DNA of 64,000 nucleotides. Source: a virus. Position numbers and translations under genes: made by a program. How positions within the stretch are numbered: the stretch's first letter is position 1; each line of letters opens with the position of its first letter. The stretch is taken from the IMG/VR virus record IMGVR_UViG_3300021142_002226, positions 96,001 to 160,000 of that record; one strand, 5' to 3'. Of the stretch, positions 10,057 through 19,811 are shown piece by piece. A model generated the notes under the pieces. That model made no database searches. It was not told where the DNA came from and worked only from the letters and a program-made list of their open reading frames with translations.

Positions 10057-10723
10057 AATAGATTTTATTGCTCAAAGTATAGCAAAAGCAAAAAAAGTTA
10101 TGGAAAAAACTGAAACCATCTCACCAACAGGTAATAAATCTATTGGTGGTGGTAGACAAGTATATACTGAAGAACAGTATGATAATATGGATGTTGATAA
10201 TACACAATATCTTACTGAAGATCAAGTTAGACGTATGGGTGCACCAGCTCCTAAACAACAAAGATATGATTTGTATGAAGATAACGAAAGAGAAATACCA
10301 ATGATACCTCAACAATCATCTCAACAAAACGCACAATATAGACCTTATAAAAATTTAAATAGCACAAGCATGCCAAAAGAAATAGTAGAGTCTTTTCTCA
10401 AGAAACCAATGATTGATCCGACTCAACCACTTGGTATGGAAACAATTTTTGAAAAGGTTCATCAAAAAGAACAATCTGCTCGACCAGCACCATCATATGA
10501 ACAAAAACCAAAAGCTAAACCACAACCAGTATATGAAGAAAGAACAACACAATCTGGGGGCGGTATGGATATGCAATTACTTGAGTTTGTAATTAAAAAA
10601 ACTGTTGAAGAAACATTGAAACAAGTGAGTGAGCAAACCAATATCAATGAAAATATTCAAATTAAAATCGGAGAAAAAACCTTTGGTGGTACAATAAAAA
10701 GTTTAAAAACAATAAAAAAATAA
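10040..10723 (+). CDS. Hypothetical protein (Gln/Pro-rich)
   Basis: 227-aa ORF overlapping the upstream stop. Confidence 0.55.
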   Translation: MERQDKIDFIAQSIAKAKKVMEKTETISPTGNKSIGGGRQVYTEEQYDNMDVDNTQYLTEDQVRRMGAPAPKQQRYDLYEDNEREIPMIPQQSSQQNAQYRPYKNLNSTSMPKEIVESFLKKPMIDPTQPLGMETIFEKVHQKEQSARPAPSYEQKPKAKPQPVYEERTTQSGGGMDMQLLEFVIKKTVEETLKQVSEQTNINENIQIKIGEKTFGGTIKSLKTIKK

Positions 10724-10724
10724 T

Positions 10725-10913
10725 ATGAGTAAGACTATCACTTTTTGCAAAGCAAAATGTTGCCCAGTTGTTGAAATTTATGAAAATGAAATTAAACTTG
10801 GTGACGAAAAAGGCCCTGAAGGCGTAACAACCTGGTCAAAAAAACAATTTAAAGATTTTATCGATGCCGCCAAAGAAGGAAAATTCGATGAAGCTGTAAA
10901 AGATGTAAATTAA
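10725..10913 (+). CDS. DUF397-like small protein
   Basis: CPVVEIYENEIKLGDEKGPEG...WSKKQFKDFIDAAKEGKFD resembles DUF397 CVEVA...RDSK..GP...W.AF...K.G.FD. Confidence 0.5.
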   Translation: MSKTITFCKAKCCPVVEIYENEIKLGDEKGPEGVTTWSKKQFKDFIDAAKEGKFDEAVKDVN

Positions 10914-10915
10914 TA

Positions 10916-10944
10916 AAAAGGAGCCTTTAAAGCTCCTTTTTTTT
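10916..10944 (+). terminator. Intrinsic terminator
   Basis: aaaaggagc-ctttaaa-gctcctttt followed by a T run. Confidence 0.8.
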
Positions 10945-10996
10945 ATACAAAACTTGTTTTTTACGTATTTTTTTATTACTATTATTAAAAGTAATT

Positions 10997-12223
10997 ATGA
11001 GTACGTATAAAATATTAGTTGCCCCTGGCGATAATGCTGGATCTGGTAAATATAGATGTGTAGACCCACATATTAAATTACAAGAATTATTTCCGAATGA
11101 TTTTTTCGTAGAAATAAATAACGCTGTTGATTTCAGTGATTTCACATATTTGAAACAATTTAGCGCTGTGTTTATACACAGGGTTCCCCAACACAATTAT
11201 AAAGATGCTATCAACATCATTACCAATTTAAAAAAACTTGGCATAAAAGTTATTATTGATATTGATGACTATTGGCATCTTGACCCTTCTCACGGTTTGT
11301 ATGAACAAGTGAAAAGAGAGGGTATTCCACAAATATCTATAAACTGTTTAAAATTAGCTGATTTGGTTGTTGTACCAACAAGTATATTAGCTAACGAAGT
11401 TAAACAATTCAACCAGAATGTTGTTGTCTTAGCCAATGCTTTAGATCCAACAGAGGAACAATTCAAAAGTAAACCATCAGAAAGTGAGAAATTAAGAATT
11501 GGTTGGTTAGGTGGTAGCTCACATATCAAGGATTTAGAATTAATAAAAGGTATATCATCAATTGGTGAATACAATAATAAATCACAAATTGTTTTATGTG
11601 GTTTTGATACAAGAGGTAGCGTAAGGCAAATCGACCCTCAAACAGGTCAAGTACAAGAAAGACAAATGAATCCAACAGAAACTGTTTGGTTCATGTACGA
11701 GTTATTCATGACAGATAATTATCGTATGTTAGAGTCATATCCTGATTATGTAAAATTCCTTGTACAATTTAAAGAGGATAAATCTTTTGATGATTCCAAT
11801 ATGCCTTATAGAAGAGTTTGGACTAAATCCATCAACCAATATGCTAAGAACTATAATCTTTTTGATGTATCATTAGCTCCACTTGTAGATAATAAATTCA
11901 ACTTATATAAATCTCAACTTAAAGTTATTGAAGCTGGATTCCATAAGAAAGCAATTATTGCTCAAAATTACGGCCCTTATACTATCGATTTAGTAAGTGC
12001 AATAAAATCAGGTGGTGAAATAGACCCTAATGGTAATTGTTTACTTGTTGACCCATCTAAAAATCATAAACAGTGGCAAAAATATGTTAAGAAGTTAATC
12101 GATAACCCACAAATGGTTAAAGATCTTGGTGAAAAATTATATGAAACCGTAAAAGATAAATACAACCTTAATAATGTTACTAAAACAAGAGGTGAAATAT
12201 ATTTAAATTTATTAAATAAATAA
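10997..12223 (+). CDS. GT-B glycosyltransferase
   Basis: DIDDYW, RIGWLGG, FDVSLAPL...KSQLKVIEAG motifs. Confidence 0.8.
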   Translation: MSTYKILVAPGDNAGSGKYRCVDPHIKLQELFPNDFFVEINNAVDFSDFTYLKQFSAVFIHRVPQHNYKDAINIITNLKKLGIKVIIDIDDYWHLDPSHGLYEQVKREGIPQISINCLKLADLVVVPTSILANEVKQFNQNVVVLANALDPTEEQFKSKPSESEKLRIGWLGGSSHIKDLELIKGISSIGEYNNKSQIVLCGFDTRGSVRQIDPQTGQVQERQMNPTETVWFMYELFMTDNYRMLESYPDYVKFLVQFKEDKSFDDSNMPYRRVWTKSINQYAKNYNLFDVSLAPLVDNKFNLYKSQLKVIEAGFHKKAIIAQNYGPYTIDLVSAIKSGGEIDPNGNCLLVDPSKNHKQWQKYVKKLIDNPQMVKDLGEKLYETVKDKYNLNNVTKTRGEIYLNLLNK

Positions 12224-12224
12224 T

Positions 12225-12818
12225 ATGAAAAGGAAGAACGATAAAAAAACATTTTTAGCAATAGCTAACAAATATAATGTATGCTCAAAAGATTTATTGG
12301 ATTTTTTGGAATTAAATGGTTTATTTGAATGCCCAGCATCAACAACCACATCTATGCATTATGCATATGAAGGTGGTCTTGTTGATCATATAATAGAAAC
12401 AACAAAAATTGCTTTAAACCTTTTAAATGGTATACCAGAACCTTTAAGACCATCTAAAGAAAGCGTTGTAAAAGTTTGTTTTTTACATGATTTAGGTAAA
12501 TTAAATTTATACACACCAAACAAGAGTGAATGGCACAAAAAGAATCTTGGTAAAATGTATGAATTTAACGAAGATCTTGTATCTATGACAAATGGTGAAA
12601 GATCTTTATGGTATATCTATAATTGTGGAAATAACGATAAACTAACACAGGAAGAACATCAAGCAATACTTAGTTTTGATAAAAATGATAATTCAGATTT
12701 GATGGTTAAATGGCACTCTGAATCACTTTCAAGATTATTGAGACACTCTCTTGAATGGGCTATTATGCTTGAAAAAAAAGAATATAAAGATTCAACCAAA
12801 CCTAATACAAATGAGTAA
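12225..12818 (+). CDS. HD-domain phosphohydrolase (YhaM-like)
   Basis: HYAYEGGLVDH...FLHDLGK. Confidence 0.8.
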   Translation: MKRKNDKKTFLAIANKYNVCSKDLLDFLELNGLFECPASTTTSMHYAYEGGLVDHIIETTKIALNLLNGIPEPLRPSKESVVKVCFLHDLGKLNLYTPNKSEWHKKNLGKMYEFNEDLVSMTNGERSLWYIYNCGNNDKLTQEEHQAILSFDKNDNSDLMVKWHSESLSRLLRHSLEWAIMLEKKEYKDSTKPNTNE

Positions 12819-13038
12819 TTTTTTAAACGCTTTAATTGAAAAAAGACCAGAATTAGAATTGAAAGTCAAAGAGTTCGAGCACCCATTGGATAAACAAAAT
12901 AAATACTTTTCTTTGTATATTAATGGTATCGATTCAAGATTTATATTACCTGAAACTGAACTTAATATTGAAGATCCTCAAGAAATTAATGAATTAGTTA
13001 ACATAACTTTAATGTATATAAATAAAAATGGAAAATAA
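12811..13038 (+). CDS. Hypothetical protein
   Basis: Start reassigned to ATG 12811, which overlaps the upstream stop (MSNFLNAL...). Confidence 0.55.
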   Translation: MSNFLNALIEKRPELELKVKEFEHPLDKQNKYFSLYINGIDSRFILPETELNIEDPQEINELVNITLMYINKNGK

Positions 13039-13582
13039 TTTAGATGAATTTAATATCTTAGATCAAGATATCAAAAAAATACTTGAAAACGCAAATAATT
13101 TAGTCAAAGACTGGGTTTATGTTGACAATGTAATGAAACTTAAGATTAGATTTGTAAATCAGTCAACAAATCAGGATCCAGCTTACGCTAAACAAGGTGA
13201 TAGTGGTTTTGATTTGAGAGCATTCTTAAAAGAGGATGCTGTTTTGAAGCCATTTCAAAGAGCTTTAGTGCCAACTGGTTTGTATTTTCAAATCCCAGAA
13301 AACTTTGAGTTACAAGTTAGACCAAGAAGTGGTTTAGCTTTGAAAAATGGTATTACTGTATTAAATACTCCAGGTACAGTTGACTCTGGATATCGTGGTG
13401 AAATTTGTGTAATACTAATTAATCTTGGTTCTGAAGATTTCATAATCAAAAACGGTGATAGAATTGCTCAAGCTGTTATTGCCCCAGTTCAAACAAATAA
13501 TAACCTCGTATTTATGAAGTCTTCTTCGTTAGAATCAAGCGAAAGAGGTGATACAGGATTCGGAAGTAGCGGTGTCAAATAA
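13028..13582 (+). CDS. dut: dUTPase (trimeric)
   Basis: DSGFDL, RPRSGL, GTVDSGYRGE, RIAQ, RGDTGFGSSG. Confidence 0.97.
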   Translation: MENNLDEFNILDQDIKKILENANNLVKDWVYVDNVMKLKIRFVNQSTNQDPAYAKQGDSGFDLRAFLKEDAVLKPFQRALVPTGLYFQIPENFELQVRPRSGLALKNGITVLNTPGTVDSGYRGEICVILINLGSEDFIIKNGDRIAQAVIAPVQTNNNLVFMKSSSLESSERGDTGFGSSGVK

Positions 13583-13878
13583 TGGAATGTTTTAACCAAC
13601 AAATAAGAGCGTATAAAGCCGTAACTGCTGATATATACGACCAAATAATGTATAAAAGAGTATGGTCTGGAGATATGATTCAAGTTGGGGATAAAGTACT
13701 TTATGCATTTGTATTTGACCCAACAGACGATGCTCTGAAATTAATATCTGTGTTAGATAGAGAGTTGGGTTTGATTCAAAACACCTTTGATTTTGTTGCT
13801 TTCAAAAATAAAATAATACCAGTTTTAAAATTTAAAACGGATGCAAAGAATAGGCAATATACAGAGCAAGAAGATTAG
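13582..13878 (+). CDS. Hypothetical protein
   Basis: 98-aa coupled ORF. Confidence 0.55.
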   Translation: MECFNQQIRAYKAVTADIYDQIMYKRVWSGDMIQVGDKVLYAFVFDPTDDALKLISVLDRELGLIQNTFDFVAFKNKIIPVLKFKTDAKNRQYTEQED

Positions 13879-14533
13879 TGTTGTTTTTTCTACCAGAGCT
13901 TTGGATGAAGAATATATTGATCATATAAAAATGACATCTGGCCTTGGGAATAAAATTGAGATTTTACCCTTTGTGAATAATGGTGAAAAATCGTTAACAC
14001 AAATATATAACGAAGGTTTAGAAAAAGCAAAAAATGATATTGTTGTTTTTTGTCATGATGATTTAATATTTCATACAGAAAATTGGGGAATGGCAATAGG
14101 TGACCATTTTACAAGGAATCCTGGATTCGGTATAATCGGTATAGCTGGAACTAATAAGTTAGTCAATGGAAGATGGTGGGAAATAAAAGAGAACATGCAT
14201 GGTATTGTTAATCACTCAGATGGTAAAAAAATTTGGGTTAGCGAATATTCTAAACCACAAGGAATTACCCTCAAAAAAATGATCACAATTGATGGTTTAT
14301 TTTTTGCTGTACATAAAAATAGAATTAGATGTACTTTTGATGAAAATGTTAAGGGTTTCCATTTCTACGAATTAACATTTTGTATGGACAATCATATTAA
14401 TGGTGTTAAGATAGGATTATGTACAAATATACGTGTTACACACCTTTCAATTGGCGAAACTAACGACCTTTGGGAAGAAAATAAATTAGTATTTGAAGAA
14501 AAATATGGGCATTTATTACCCTTAGAAGTATGA
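13841..14533 (+). CDS. GT-A (family 2-like) glycosyltransferase
   Basis: YNEGL...VVFCHDD...GIIGIAG...IDGLFFA...FHFYE. Confidence 0.75.
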   Translation: MQRIGNIQSKKISVVFSTRALDEEYIDHIKMTSGLGNKIEILPFVNNGEKSLTQIYNEGLEKAKNDIVVFCHDDLIFHTENWGMAIGDHFTRNPGFGIIGIAGTNKLVNGRWWEIKENMHGIVNHSDGKKIWVSEYSKPQGITLKKMITIDGLFFAVHKNRIRCTFDENVKGFHFYELTFCMDNHINGVKIGLCTNIRVTHLSIGETNDLWEENKLVFEEKYGHLLPLEV

Positions 14534-15195
14534 TCAAGTCAATTAAAGAATTAAAAGATATCCATAGAGATGAAGATATTTATGTAATCGGTGCTGGAGC
14601 AAGTGTTGATTATATTAATGAATCTTTTTTTGATGGTAAGATAACAATAGGTACAAATCAAGTTTATAAGAAAATTAAATGTGATTATCTTGTTAGAAAA
14701 GAAACTAAATTTTTGAAACAAGCTTTGAATACTGGTTCAAAAGTTATTGTATCTGAATACGATAGCGGTAATCTTGATACTGGGCAATTTAAATTAAACA
14801 CCAATAAAATTGATCACGAAAACCTTTATTATTTTGAACATCTTGATAATCTACATGATAAGGTTGATACATCTGTTATTGGAACAGATAAATTAGTTGT
14901 TAGTTATTCAACGATTACATCTGCGTTACATCTTGCTGCATATATGGGTGCATTCAATATTTACCTTGTTGGTCATGATTGTGGTTCATTGAATGGTAAA
15001 ATGACATTTGATAAATATTATGATTCAATCAACGATACACCATGGCAAAATTGGAACCAATATAAATCCTGGTTAAAAATCATTGAGTCACAAACTGTTT
15101 CTGTTAGAAATAAACTTGTTGAAGTTTATGAATGTAATGTGGTGTCAATAAATCCTTTTGTTTCATTAAATTTAGAAAACAACCTTTTCATGTAA
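14530..15195 (+). CDS. Maf/DUF115-like (MptE-like) protein, candidate nonulosonate transferase
   Basis: IYVIGAGAS...IGTN...STITSALHLAAYMGAFNIYLVGHD. Confidence 0.65.
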   Translation: MIKSIKELKDIHRDEDIYVIGAGASVDYINESFFDGKITIGTNQVYKKIKCDYLVRKETKFLKQALNTGSKVIVSEYDSGNLDTGQFKLNTNKIDHENLYYFEHLDNLHDKVDTSVIGTDKLVVSYSTITSALHLAAYMGAFNIYLVGHDCGSLNGKMTFDKYYDSINDTPWQNWNQYKSWLKIIESQTVSVRNKLVEVYECNVVSINPFVSLNLENNLFM

Positions 15196-15196
15196 T

Positions 15197-15856
15197 ATGA
15201 GTTTTAAATTTATTATACCAGCCAGAAGAAATTCAAAAGGTTTACCATTTAAGAATCGTAAATTATTTGATATATTTTTAGATAAAACACCTGAAAATCT
15301 ATTAACAGGATTAATTCATTCTCATTCTTTGATTGTATCTACAGATGATGAATCAATCATTGAAAAATGTGTATCAAAGAGTATAAATTATCTTAATAGA
15401 GATAGTAATTTAGCTTTAGACACAACCTCAACTAAAGAAGTTATGATTGATTTATATAACAAGAATTACATTTTTAATGATGATATTGTTGTTATGTTAT
15501 ATTTGACATATCCTGAAAGAAATTGGGATGATATAGGAAATGCTATTGATACTTTTGTCAAAAATGGCTCAAGATCTCTTTTATGTAAAAAAGAAATCAC
15601 AAGTACCCACCCATACCTTTACATGCTTGAAATCGATAAAAATAAAGGTAAACAACTTGTTGCACACGACCTTTATCGTAGACAAGATTATCCAAAGGTA
15701 TTCGAAATTTCACACTATATTTGTATTTTTAAAGGTGGTGAATTAAAAAATTTGAATAACAATCTTTACAACGAGGATACATTTTTTTTACCAATTAACT
15801 CTGTTATAGATGTTGATACTGAAAATGATTTATTAAAATATAATGGGAATTTATGA
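15197..15856 (+). CDS. neuA: CMP-nonulosonate synthetase (acylneuraminate cytidylyltransferase)
   Basis: IIPARRNSKGLPFKN, VSTDD, L..DT, YRRQD, IDVDTEND. Confidence 0.9.
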   Translation: MSFKFIIPARRNSKGLPFKNRKLFDIFLDKTPENLLTGLIHSHSLIVSTDDESIIEKCVSKSINYLNRDSNLALDTTSTKEVMIDLYNKNYIFNDDIVVMLYLTYPERNWDDIGNAIDTFVKNGSRSLLCKKEITSTHPYLYMLEIDKNKGKQLVAHDLYRRQDYPKVFEISHYICIFKGGELKNLNNNLYNEDTFFLPINSVIDVDTENDLLKYNGNL

Positions 15857-16608
15857 AATGTATATTAGGTATAACAACATATAATAGGAGAAAATATTTA
15901 GAACATCTTTTAGATAGTTTTACACCAACTCATAACACAAATTATGAATGGGTAATCATTATCAATGATGACTGTTCAACAGATGACACAGTTAAATTCA
16001 TTGAAAACTATAATTTTCCATGTGAATATCATTTAATCAAAAATGAGAACAGAAAGGGTGTTTCATGGGGAACAAATAATATTTTTTACTTATCTCAAAA
16101 GATTGGATTTGATGTTTTATTCAGAAGTGATGATGATAATTTTTTCTTGAATAATGGTTGGGATGATCTTTATATTAATGCTATGAATAATTCTGGATTT
16201 AAACACCTAAGTTATTATAATAGTAGATGGAAAGGGGAAAATAAAAAAATAATAGAGAATGATGGTTTAATTGCCGCTTCTAATGTTATGGAATCTATGG
16301 GTAATTTCTACACAATAACACCTGAAATCTTAGAAAAAGTTGGTTACATGGATTATCAAAACATGGGTATGTGGGGTGTTGAACATATTGATTATTCATT
16401 AAGATGTTGTAGGCTCAATTATAACAATCCACAAACATTTTGGTGCCCAAAGGATTGTAAAAAATTTATTGGTATGAAAGCTGGAAATACCTATACAAGC
16501 TCAATGAGTACAATTGAGTTAGCTAATGAAAGGAGCAGAGATTATCAAAAAAGAATGATAGCAAATAATAATAATAGAATTTATATACCGAATCAGAATG
16601 CTCAATAA
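15853..16608 (+). CDS. Family 2 glycosyltransferase
   Basis: ITTYNR, DDCSTD, N-x-G-V, SDDD, WGVEHIDY. Confidence 0.85.
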   Translation: MKCILGITTYNRRKYLEHLLDSFTPTHNTNYEWVIIINDDCSTDDTVKFIENYNFPCEYHLIKNENRKGVSWGTNNIFYLSQKIGFDVLFRSDDDNFFLNNGWDDLYINAMNNSGFKHLSYYNSRWKGENKKIIENDGLIAASNVMESMGNFYTITPEILEKVGYMDYQNMGMWGVEHIDYSLRCCRLNYNNPQTFWCPKDCKKFIGMKAGNTYTSSMSTIELANERSRDYQKRMIANNNNRIYIPNQNAQ

Positions 16609-17212
16609 TTATTTTGAAAAAATATATTGTATAAACCTTGAAAAAAGAAAAGATAGGTGGAATGAGGTTAGTAAAGAATTTCAAAAAATTAATTGCAATG
16701 TTGAAAAATTTGTAGCAATTGATGGTGAAAAATTGGAACCCAGTCCATACATTTATAGAGGTGAACTTGGTTGTTACATGTCACACATGGTAATCTTAAA
16801 AGACATGATTAATAATAACTATAGTAAAATTTTAGTTTTTGAGGATGATGTTGTTTTCAACGATGATTTTAACGAAAAATTTGATTACTATTATAATCAA
16901 TTACCTAATGATTGGGATATTGTTTATATGAGTGGAAATCATACAACAAGTTTAGAAAAAATTACTGATAACATATATAAAACTAATGGTACTTTAGCTA
17001 TGCATAGTTATTTCATTAGCTTGGAAGGTGCAAAAAAATTATACAACTTATTAGTCGCTAAAAATATGACAGACCCAATAGATGTTATAGGTATAGAGTA
17101 TCAAAAAAATAATAATTGTTATACGTTTAGGCCACACCTTACGTATCAAAAAGAAGGATTTAGTGATATACAGAAAAAAATTGTTAATTACGACCACCTA
17201 TTAAAACGTTAA
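16598..17212 (+). CDS. Family 25 glycosyltransferase
   Basis: CINLEKRKDR, GELGCYMSH, VFEDD. Confidence 0.85.
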   Translation: MLNNYFEKIYCINLEKRKDRWNEVSKEFQKINCNVEKFVAIDGEKLEPSPYIYRGELGCYMSHMVILKDMINNNYSKILVFEDDVVFNDDFNEKFDYYYNQLPNDWDIVYMSGNHTTSLEKITDNIYKTNGTLAMHSYFISLEGAKKLYNLLVAKNMTDPIDVIGIEYQKNNNCYTFRPHLTYQKEGFSDIQKKIVNYDHLLKR

Positions 17213-17215
17213 TAA

Positions 17216-18058
17216 ATGAATAAAGTAAAAATTATAGCCGAAATAGGACTTAATCACAATGGGGATATAGATATCGCCAAACAACTTATAATGGTTGCTA
17301 AAGCTGCTGGTTGTGATTATGTTAAATTTCAAAAAAGAAATCCTGATGTTTGTGTACCTGAAGATCAAAAATCTAAAATAAGGCAAACACCTTGGGGTGA
17401 GATGACCTATATTGATTATAGATGGAGAGTTGAGTTTAATCAAGAACAATATCAACAAATACATAATTTTTGTCAAAGTATTGGAATTAAATGGTTCGCT
17501 TCAGTTTGGGACAAAGATTCGGTTGATTTTATACAAAAGATCAACTTGGATAATAACTATCATAGTATAATGAAAATACCATCAGCTCTTATAACCGATA
17601 CCGAATTATGCAAATACGCATCAACAAGATGTAATCAATTACTGATTTCTACAGGAATGAGCACCGAAGAAGAAATTGAAAATTGTGTACGTACTTGTAA
17701 TCCAGATGTTATAATGCATACAAATTCAACATATCCCTGTCCTGTTGAGGAATTAAACTTAAACTATATTTTATGGTTGAAGAATAAATATAGAGATAAA
17801 GAAATAGGGTATAGTGGCCATGAATATGGTTTAGTTACAACATTTGCAACAATACCTATGGGAGCTACTTGGATCGAAAGACACATAACGCTTGACCGTA
17901 ATATGTGGGGTTCAGACCAATCATCATCAATCGAGCCATCTGGGGTTTTTAAATTGGTTAAGGGGATAAGAGATATTGAAAAATCTTTGTCCTTTGCACC
18001 AAGTGAAAGATATGTATTAGGAGGAGAGTTGCAAAAAAAACAAACGCTTAGAAAATAA
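17216..18058 (+). CDS. neuB: Nonulosonate (sialic-acid-like) synthase lacking the C-terminal SAF/antifreeze-like domain
   Basis: IIAEIGLNHNG, VKFQK, LISTGM, MHTNSTYP, GYSGHE, IERHIT; only 280 aa. Confidence 0.92.
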   Translation: MNKVKIIAEIGLNHNGDIDIAKQLIMVAKAAGCDYVKFQKRNPDVCVPEDQKSKIRQTPWGEMTYIDYRWRVEFNQEQYQQIHNFCQSIGIKWFASVWDKDSVDFIQKINLDNNYHSIMKIPSALITDTELCKYASTRCNQLLISTGMSTEEEIENCVRTCNPDVIMHTNSTYPCPVEELNLNYILWLKNKYRDKEIGYSGHEYGLVTTFATIPMGATWIERHITLDRNMWGSDQSSSIEPSGVFKLVKGIRDIEKSLSFAPSERYVLGGELQKKQTLRK

Positions 18059-18064
18059 ATATAT

Positions 18065-18388
18065 ATGAAAATATTTGTAGATATTGATAATACAATTTGT
18101 CATACCGAAGGTACTGATTATAAAAATGCTAAGCCGTATTATGAAAAAATAAATATTATTAATGATCTTTTTGATCAGGGGCATGAAATAACCTATTGGA
18201 CTGCAAGAGGATCTGGGTCTGGTATTGACCATAGTTTTTTAACTATGTTTCAGCTGAAAGAATGGGGTGCAAAATATCATGAACTTAGGTTTAAGAAACC
18301 AGTTTTTGATATATTTATTGATGATAAAACAATCAATTCTATTGACAAATTAGGACTATGGGTTCAAGAACAAGAAAAAAGAAGCTAA
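18065..18388 (+). CDS. Small capless HAD phosphatase
   Basis: IFVDIDNTI (DxD), YWTARG, KP..D.FIDD. Confidence 0.8.
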   Translation: MKIFVDIDNTICHTEGTDYKNAKPYYEKINIINDLFDQGHEITYWTARGSGSGIDHSFLTMFQLKEWGAKYHELRFKKPVFDIFIDDKTINSIDKLGLWVQEQEKRS

Positions 18389-19104
18389 CGCACGAGGAAA
18401 TAAACGATGCGTATGTGGATATCGAAACATCACATAATGAAAATATCCTCAAATCAATTCACTTTAATCTAAAGGCAAAAACACAAAATCAAAAGGAATT
18501 AATCAAATTAATTCGTGAGAAAGACATTATCATTTGTTCTGGATTTCCAGGTACAGGTAAAACATATGTCGCATGTGCTATGGCTTTAGAACTATTGAAA
18601 AAAGATCCTAAATACAAGAAAATTGTAATAGTTAAGTCTGTTACACCTTTAAAAGATGAAGAGGTTGGATATCTTAAAGGAACTCTCAGGGAAAAATTGG
18701 AACCATTTATGTATTCTTTTATCCATAATTTCGAAAAAATTATTGGTAAAGATATGGTTGAAAAATTAAAAATTAATGGTTTTTTAGAAGAAATGCCATT
18801 AACTTATATGAGAGGTATCAATATTGATAACGCTATTGTTATTATAGATGAAGCCCAAAATATCAAGAAAACAAACATGAAGACTATCATGACTCGTTTG
18901 GGTGAAGATTCTAAAATGATATTCTTAGGTGATGAAGGTCAAATTGACTTGAAAAACCCACAAGAAAGTTCATTATCATTTATCATTAAAAGATTTAAAG
19001 AAAAAGATTTTTTTGGTACAATTGCTTTTGGAGAAGAAGATATTGTTAGACATCACCTCATCAAAATCATAGAGCAAGGTTTTGATGAAATAAATTATCC
19101 ATAA
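18358..19104 (+). CDS. phoH: PhoH-family ATPase
   Basis: GFPGTGKT, GYLKG, YMRG, IIDEAQN, TRLGEDSK, GD..Q.D, VRH. Confidence 0.95.
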   Translation: MGSRTRKKKLTHEEINDAYVDIETSHNENILKSIHFNLKAKTQNQKELIKLIREKDIIICSGFPGTGKTYVACAMALELLKKDPKYKKIVIVKSVTPLKDEEVGYLKGTLREKLEPFMYSFIHNFEKIIGKDMVEKLKINGFLEEMPLTYMRGINIDNAIVIIDEAQNIKKTNMKTIMTRLGEDSKMIFLGDEGQIDLKNPQESSLSFIIKRFKEKDFFGTIAFGEEDIVRHHLIKIIEQGFDEINYP

Positions 19105-19156
19105 ATAGTTTATTTTCGTACAAAGGTTTCATAAATTTATTTAAAATAATAAATTT

Positions 19157-19810
19157 ATGGTTATTGGTATTACAATAAATAATATAATTAGGGATCATAT
19201 TTCTAAGTTATGTGAAGCTTACGAAATCATTACGGAACAACAACCGATAATGCCTATAAACCCTTATGATCTTGAAAAATCATTTCCTGACAAAGCTCCA
19301 CAGGAATTCGAAACTGTTGAGTTATCGGCATCTAATATAGATAATGAGTATGAACTGACACCAATGGATGTTGAAGAAACAAATTTCAACGTAATCGAGT
19401 TTATGTATATGGACGCATCCTTTGAAGTATTTGGTAGGGCTGGTCAATTAGAAAACAATTTAATCACAAAACTTGCTGAACTACAATCTGATGATGTAGA
19501 TATTATTCTTTTAAACAAAGAATCAACAAGGTCAAAAAACGCAACTTTATTCTTTTTGTCCAAGAATAATTTCGACTTGAAACAAATAGTATTTCCTGAC
19601 AAATACGAAGATTTTTACATGTATTGTGATGTCCTTATCACAGATAATCCTAAATTGATGGATATCAAACCAAAAGACAAGATATTAATTAAGGTTGAAA
19701 ACGAATTTAATATTGATTATATATCAGATTTTACTATTATTAAAGTATCTGATATATTTGAATTAATTGAAGAAATAAAAAATAAACATAATTCATTAAA
19801 AAATAGTTAA
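19157..19810 (+). CDS. 5'-nucleotidase-like HAD-fold protein with a degenerate motif I
   Basis: MVIGITINNIIRD (canonical xIGIDIDGVLRD) and DVLITDNP. Confidence 0.45.
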   Translation: MVIGITINNIIRDHISKLCEAYEIITEQQPIMPINPYDLEKSFPDKAPQEFETVELSASNIDNEYELTPMDVEETNFNVIEFMYMDASFEVFGRAGQLENNLITKLAELQSDDVDIILLNKESTRSKNATLFFLSKNNFDLKQIVFPDKYEDFYMYCDVLITDNPKLMDIKPKDKILIKVENEFNIDYISDFTIIKVSDIFELIEEIKNKHNSLKNS

Positions 19811-19811
19811 A

